A stretch of 45,977 nt of DNA, from positions 1 to 45,977 of the IMG/VR virus record IMGVR_UViG_3300021082_000047. One strand, given 5' to 3'. Below the pieces are notes generated by a model. The model ran no database searches. It was given only the letters and a program-made list of their open reading frames with translations, and was not told the origin of the DNA. Each line of letters begins with the position of its first letter. Position 1 is the stretch's first letter. Source of the stretch: a virus (Duplodnaviria; Caudoviricetes). A program made the translations under genes and the position numbers. Of this stretch, positions 42,871 through 45,977 are shown one piece after another.

Positions 42871-44658
42871 TTATCGCTTCGGAGGCGACACCTGTGAAGG
42901 GCGCTCCGTGCGATTTTCTACTGGCGGCTTGGGCTGTCCCGCCGTCATGGTCGCGGGCTTACCGAATGCGCCGCCCTGCCCGCCTGGTGCCGTCATGGTC
43001 GGAGGCGGCGGCGTGATGTCTTCCTCCGTCAAGGCGTCGATCTCGGCCTCGATCTCGCTCCATTCGTCCTTGCTGATCTCGCCGCGGGAGAGCTGCGCGA
43101 TACGCTTCAGTTGCCCCTTGTGCCAGGTCAGGGACTTGATCTTTGGCCCGATCTTCAGGTACTCGTCGACCAGTTCGGCTCGGTCGGCAAGGTCGAACCG
43201 GCTCGTGTACTTGACCGAGCCCTGGAACGCCTGCGCGTCGATGGGCGGCGCGACTCCCATGAGATACCGCGCGGCGATGTCCAGCAGGTCGTAGTGGCAA
43301 TCCGCCGCGTCCTTGGCGATGCGGGCCAGGGAGCGTGATTCGGTGTTGTTGAACCGCGACTGCTTGGCGGTGCCGGATTCCGCCTGCGGGCCTCCGTTGA
43401 AGGTGCCCACGGCGTCCGCTCCAGACAGCCTGGACGCCTGGAAGTCCAGTTCCTCGACGCGCTTCATGGCGGTATCGAACGCGCCGGCGTCGGTGTTCTT
43501 GTAGTCGACGCTCTCGCCCTCGTTGAGGATGAACGAGTTGGTGGCATCCCGGTACAGGTTGGAAAGCGTCCTGTTCTTCAGGATGACTTGGAGCATCGGC
43601 ACGGCGTGCAGGTATGCGGAGATGGTCGCCCATGACCGCTCCTGGAAGCCGGCAAGGTCGGCGCGCTTTGCCCCGTCCAGGATGGACCGCGACTGAAGCG
43701 GCGCGATCTTGCGCCCGCCGCCGTAGTACAGCGCCAACGGCACGCGGTTCAGCCCGTGCGTCACCCGCGCCGTCTCGATGGGATCTCCCACGAGAGTAGC
43801 CGCGACAGGGAACACCGCAGGCGTTGCCGCCTCGTTCAACGGTGGCGAGCCTGGAGCGCCCGTACCGGCGTCCGAGACGCCCGAGGACCGGGCGATATTG
43901 CTCGTGGTGCTCTGCTGCTGATGCGACGTGTACGGGGCTTCGTAGACGATTGCCTCGGTCCTGGTCAGCACGATCCACTGGATCAGGCTCTTGCGCATCT
44001 CGGTAGGTGCGTCCTGCCTGGAGATGTGGTGCGTGAGGATCACCCATACCGGCCTGCCCTGCTCGTCACATTCCCAGTTGGTCACGTTCTCGGGTGCGAA
44101 CTTCACCACGCGCGGGGCCTGGTCGATGCCGAGGCCCTTGACGATGTCCGTGGGGAGTTGGCCGGCGGCGTTGCGGGTGCCTGTTGGGACAGCATCCAGC
44201 GCGGCGGCCTGCTCGGGCGTGAGCTTTGGCTTGGTGACATAGAACGCCACGAGCCCCATCGGCACGGCCTCGTCGCTGTTGGTTTCCAGCAACTCGGTCA
44301 GGCTTGAGCCCTGCCCGTCGACGTTGTCGGCCCACTGCTCCAGCATCTGCCCGAAGGCGTCCAGTTCCTTCTGCTCGGCAGGCCCGTACTTGATCTCAGG
44401 CTGTTTGGCGAACACCGCGCCTGCGAAGCTCGAAGCGATGCCTTCCGTCTTGCCCAGGAAGGGCGAGATGAGGACGCGGACGCGGTACTGCGTCTCGTTC
44501 TCGAAGTCGCCGCGGTTGAGGAACTCGCGCTTGACGGCGGGATCGGAGAATCTCCCTGTGACGGCGCGCGCGAGCTGCCACTGGTTCGGAGCAGTGATCT
44601 GCTCCAGGTACCAGGGATGGAGGCTGAGGAGCGAGTCTTTCAGTGTGGAGTCAATCAC
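42871..44658 (-). CDS. Portal protein (DUF4055/SPP1-like; GTG start)
   Basis: FL..E....Y..R, NVDGQGSSL, PENVTNW, HGLNRVP, AESGTAK. Confidence 0.88.
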   Translation of the reverse strand: MIDSTLKDSLLSLHPWYLEQITAPNQWQLARAVTGRFSDPAVKREFLNRGDFENETQYRVRVLISPFLGKTEGIASSFAGAVFAKQPEIKYGPAEQKELDAFGQMLEQWADNVDGQGSSLTELLETNSDEAVPMGLVAFYVTKPKLTPEQAAALDAVPTGTRNAAGQLPTDIVKGLGIDQAPRVVKFAPENVTNWECDEQGRPVWVILTHHISRQDAPTEMRKSLIQWIVLTRTEAIVYEAPYTSHQQQSTTSNIARSSGVSDAGTGAPGSPPLNEAATPAVFPVAATLVGDPIETARVTHGLNRVPLALYYGGGRKIAPLQSRSILDGAKRADLAGFQERSWATISAYLHAVPMLQVILKNRTLSNLYRDATNSFILNEGESVDYKNTDAGAFDTAMKRVEELDFQASRLSGADAVGTFNGGPQAESGTAKQSRFNNTESRSLARIAKDAADCHYDLLDIAARYLMGVAPPIDAQAFQGSVKYTSRFDLADRAELVDEYLKIGPKIKSLTWHKGQLKRIAQLSRGEISKDEWSEIEAEIDALTEEDITPPPPTMTAPGGQGGAFGKPATMTAGQPKPPVENRTERPSQVSPPKR

Positions 44659-44843
44659 TGGCCACCTTTTCTCTTGCCATCGCACTCACACTTGACAGCT
44701 ACCGCCGCATCCGGCAAACGAATTATCCTCACAACATGCCCGCATTTCTCGCCGCGCATATAGTCGCCGTAGTGCTGATGGCCTTCGCACGAGCAACGCC
44801 AAAGGCGCGCGGTGGCTTCTGGATGCCATATGTCCATCAGCAT
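44655..44843 (-). CDS. Small Cys-rich protein (62 aa)
   Basis: WRCSC..CGH..KCEC; GGAGGTG RBS; GTGA overlap with portal. Confidence 0.6.
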   Translation of the reverse strand: MLMDIWHPEATARLWRCSCEGHQHYGDYMRGEKCGHVVRIIRLPDAAVAVKCECDGKRKGGQ

Positions 44844-44845
44844 TC

Positions 44846-45040
44846 TCACCGGCACCTCCCGCCGTGGCAATGACCGCCGCGGCTGTAGATGAACACTGGC
44901 GACGGCGCGTAGTATACCGGCGGCGCGTAGTAGGGCCGGTAGACGGTGATCGGCGCAGGCTCGGGCTCCGCGTACACGGTGGCGGCGCATCCCGACACGA
45001 GCAAGAGCGCGATGGCAAGCAGGAGTTTCTTCATGGTCAT
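44846..45040 (-). CDS. Small Pro/Tyr-rich lipoprotein (64 aa)
   Basis: MKKLLLAIALLLVSG-C lipobox; YRPYYAPPVYYAP. Confidence 0.7.
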   Translation of the reverse strand: MTMKKLLLAIALLLVSGCAATVYAEPEPAPITVYRPYYAPPVYYAPSPVFIYSRGGHCHGGRCR

Positions 45041-45045
45041 TTGTT

Positions 45046-45516
45046 TCAGTATGTGACGATCAGGAGCGCCGCCGACAGCAGGTAGCCGTAGGGCGTGTTG
45101 ATCGGATCCTCGACGATCATCTGCAAGCTCAGGACGATGCCGGGCGGCGGCTGCGACGTGCAGTAGATGAAGCTCTGGCCGGCGGAGTTGAACCCGGTGG
45201 ACGGGCCGATGAACCCCGACCACGCAAGGAAGAAGTCGTAGTAGAACATCGGCAGGTCGACGGATCCGTAGAGCGTGATCTCCTGCCCGATGAACGGCGG
45301 ATGCGGGCACGCCCAGATCTCGTAGTAGGCGCCCGGCCATCCTTGCAGCCGCAACCACGGGAGCGGGTTGAACGGCGCGATTGGGATGGTGGATCGCTCC
45401 AGCGTGGCAAAGAGCGTATTGCACTGTCCCTGCTGCGGCTGTGGCGCCGGTGGAGGCAGCGTCAACTGCGCCTGCGCGATGGTGCAGGCGAGCATTGCCA
45501 GGAGAAACCGGCTCAT
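45046..45516 (-). CDS. Secreted protein, allele B (156 aa)
   Basis: Signal peptide; GSVDL; C-terminal LQMIVEDPINTPYGYLLS. Confidence 0.8.
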   Translation of the reverse strand: MSRFLLAMLACTIAQAQLTLPPPAPQPQQGQCNTLFATLERSTIPIAPFNPLPWLRLQGWPGAYYEIWACPHPPFIGQEITLYGSVDLPMFYYDFFLAWSGFIGPSTGFNSAGQSFIYCTSQPPPGIVLSLQMIVEDPINTPYGYLLSAALLIVTY

Positions 45517-45707
45517 GCGGTCTCGATACTCATGCAGTTGTCGATGGCGTTAGCCGACCTGAGCGCCTGCTCCTTCTGGTTGACCATTGTCCTGCTGTCG
45601 TTCCAATGGTCACGCACCAGGGCGACGGCTTCTATCTTTGCCGCAAGCCAGCCAGCCTCGAAGCATCGCCGCTCGTTGGCGTCGAATCCTTCTGGGATCT
45701 TGCTCAT
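45513..45707 (-). CDS. Hypothetical protein, allele B of 442-636
   Basis: Same frame and length as allele A. Confidence 0.75.
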   Translation of the reverse strand: MSKIPEGFDANERRCFEAGWLAAKIEAVALVRDHWNDSRTMVNQKEQALRSANAIDNCMSIETA

Positions 45708-45913
45708 TCTTCCCACTCCTCCATGAGCGCGAGGACGGCGTCATCGTCGGGCGCATGCGCGGCGCAGAAGCGAGCGCAGTCCAGCAGTAGCTCGAGGTGC
45801 TCCTGTGTGAAGCAATCGCGGAACAGGCGGTCATCGTCCACGCAGTTCTGGAGCATCTGCAGAACGGTGGTCCGTTCGCTCGGCAACTTGCCGCGTCCTG
45901 TGGCCTTCAGCAT
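45704..45913 (-). CDS. Hypothetical protein, allele B of 633-842
   Basis: Same frame and length; central residues diverged (RCADDQAMFERNVTL vs NCVDDDRLFRDCFTQ). Confidence 0.7.
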   Translation of the reverse strand: MLKATGRGKLPSERTTVLQMLQNCVDDDRLFRDCFTQEHLELLLDCARFCAAHAPDDDAVLALMEEWEE

Positions 45914-45977
45914 GGCGTGACTCCTCGCGACCTGTACGCCGCCTGCCGCTCGCGGTGGCATGTTCGGCAGTACCGCT

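Larger units (their letters stand above)
1..45977. mobile_element. Near-complete temperate siphovirus-like phage genome (unit length ~45,071 bp, circular/permuted, with ~0.9 kb overrun)
   Basis: Full module set (terminase, portal, capsid, tail tube, tape measure, integrase, replication); no host housekeeping genes; the ends overlap at offset 45071. Confidence 0.95.
45072..45977 (+). repeat. Terminal duplicated segment, copy B
   Basis: Colinear diverged copy of 1-906. Confidence 0.95.

Noticed and set aside
44692-44725. Plus-strand TTGACA promoter near the portal start
   Set aside because: No properly spaced -10, and it lies within a minus-strand coding sequence.
45072-45977. True direct terminal repeat of the virion DNA
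   Set aside because: Real DTRs are copied each cycle and are identical; these copies are only ~84% identical internally and begin with an exact 127-nt match suggestive of an assembly overlap.
1-45977. Stop-codon reassignment
   Set aside because: Standard code 11 yields dense, full-length genes with TAG, TGA and TAA all used as stops; no suppressor tRNA.

Overview
The window is essentially one complete, GC-rich temperate tailed-phage genome of siphovirus type. Bases 1-906 recur at 45072-45977 (offset 45071), so the unit genome is about 45.07 kb and circular or permuted. The two copies are diverged alleles: 127 identical bases at the start, 108 at the end, and about 84% identity between (hand count). 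Almost all genes are on the minus strand, in this order: early/replication block (HNH, sigma-70-like factor, Sak4-like ATPase, DUF669-like SSB, replication initiator with 11-bp-phased iterons, VRR-NUC), terS/terL, small secreted-protein cassette, portal, scaffold, major capsid, head decoration/lectin-like genes, head-tail genes, tail tube, frameshifted tail chaperone, tape measure, tail and fibre genes, an atypical lipoprotein-rich lysis-position cassette with no recognisable endolysin, a 1287-aa Ig-repeat protein, a glycoside-hydrolase-like protein, a metallophosphoesterase and DUF3310. A tyrosine integrase ends directly against a complete tRNA-Arg(ACG), the probable attP. I recognise no CI-type repressor. 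Instead, the ~600 nt between the first early gene and the tRNA folds into several multibranched RNA elements. Two hairpin loops of a predicted rightward small RNA are complementary to two loops of the leftward early leader, one of which overlaps the ribosome-binding site. This is the best candidate here for an undescribed, RNA-based lysis/lysogeny switch. Several features point weakly to a Planctomycetota host. All family assignments come from motif recognition by eye; no database searches or folding programs were run.
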